Shown here: in pieces, positions 63,437-64,000 of the stretch
Position numbering within the stretch: the first letter of the stretch is position 1
Layout: each line of letters starts with the position of its first letter
Assembly: GCF_002105155.1 (NCBI RefSeq)
Contig: NW_019029021.1
Span: forward strand, 124,001-188,000
DNA length: 64,000 bases
Direction: 5' to 3'
Source: Lobosporangium transversale
Lineage: Eukaryota
The notes under the pieces: generated by a model
The model's database searches: none
What the model was told of the DNA's origin: nothing
Seen by the model: only the letters and a program-made list of their open reading frames with translations
Position numbers and translations under genes: made by a program

Positions 63437-64000
63437 CTACTTTGAGCAAGTATTCATTGAAGCAACATAGAATAGTGCCCATGTCAGGGTCAAACCATCA
63501 TCAAGTGGTATTCGTCCACCATCTCGGACTGAAAAGTATTGCCATGCCGCCTCCTTGTCCAATGTGGCATAATTCATCATCAAGATCGACTTCCAACCAT
63601 CTTCAATATATCCGACTCGGGACTTCAACAAACTCTCCCATTCTTCTTGTACAAACTTGCGTCGGCGCACGAGTGGTAACGCCGGTGTAGCCGGAATCAT
63701 TTGGATACCTTGAATGCACTCTGCAAAACATAAACATGTTTTAAATAAATAGAAAAGTTAATAAACCTTAGCCATGAGCAATCTTGAGAAACTGATTCAT
63801 ATTTAGCAATCCCGACAGCAAGAAGGAATATTAAAAACCATGAGTGGGTTAAATAATTTACCAATGCGTGATGAGAAGTAGGTTGTGTGGTCAACCTTGT
63901 TTTCAAAAAGGATACCAGTCACTTTGTTGCCGATAAAGGCTCTTGGGTGGTTCATATTGTCATTCTCCAACAAAAAGTAAGCTTGGATAGACCTGCGCGC
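63437..64000 (-). CDS. Glycoside hydrolase family 81 endo-1,3(4)-beta-glucanase, 3' part (runs off window); intron 63721-63861
   Basis: FIGNKVTGILFENKVDHTTYF, ECIQGIQMIP, FVQEEW, GWKSIL, LDDGLTLTWAL. Confidence 0.9.

Noticed and set aside
1..64000. Long poly(A)/poly(T) tracts as retroposon tails
   Set aside because: They occur throughout introns and intergenic DNA with no target-site duplications seen; a genome-wide compositional trait

Overview
Eukaryotic, AT-rich DNA with GT-AG introns and very long poly(A)/poly(T) tracts. Gene content and style point to an early-diverging fungus, most likely Mortierellaceae; this is an inference. Conserved genes present are TIM54, MSS51, a divergent NoxA-like NADPH oxidase, a bHLH factor, acyl-CoA oxidase, an SMG6/EST1-like PIN nuclease and the 3' end of a GH81 glucanase. 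Three fast-evolving blocks lie among them. (1) 0-15 kb: six intronless F-box/LRR paralogues (A-F). They are mosaics of one another and vary mainly on the LRR beta-strands, and two pseudogene copies form ~3 kb inverted arms around an intact copy. (2) 22-37 kb: seven intronless C2H2 zinc-finger loci. Two of them again form homogenised inverted arms around a paralogue, and one is part of a broken Q-rich coil/SEL1-repeat/zinc-finger fusion. (3) 39-44 kb: relics, namely a UL9-like helicase fragment, a Crinkler-type NTPase-nuclease pseudogene and a Tc1-type transposase. The best candidate for an undescribed system is a recombination/gene-conversion-driven diversifying F-box-LRR receptor array. All family assignments come from motif recognition by eye; no database search was run.
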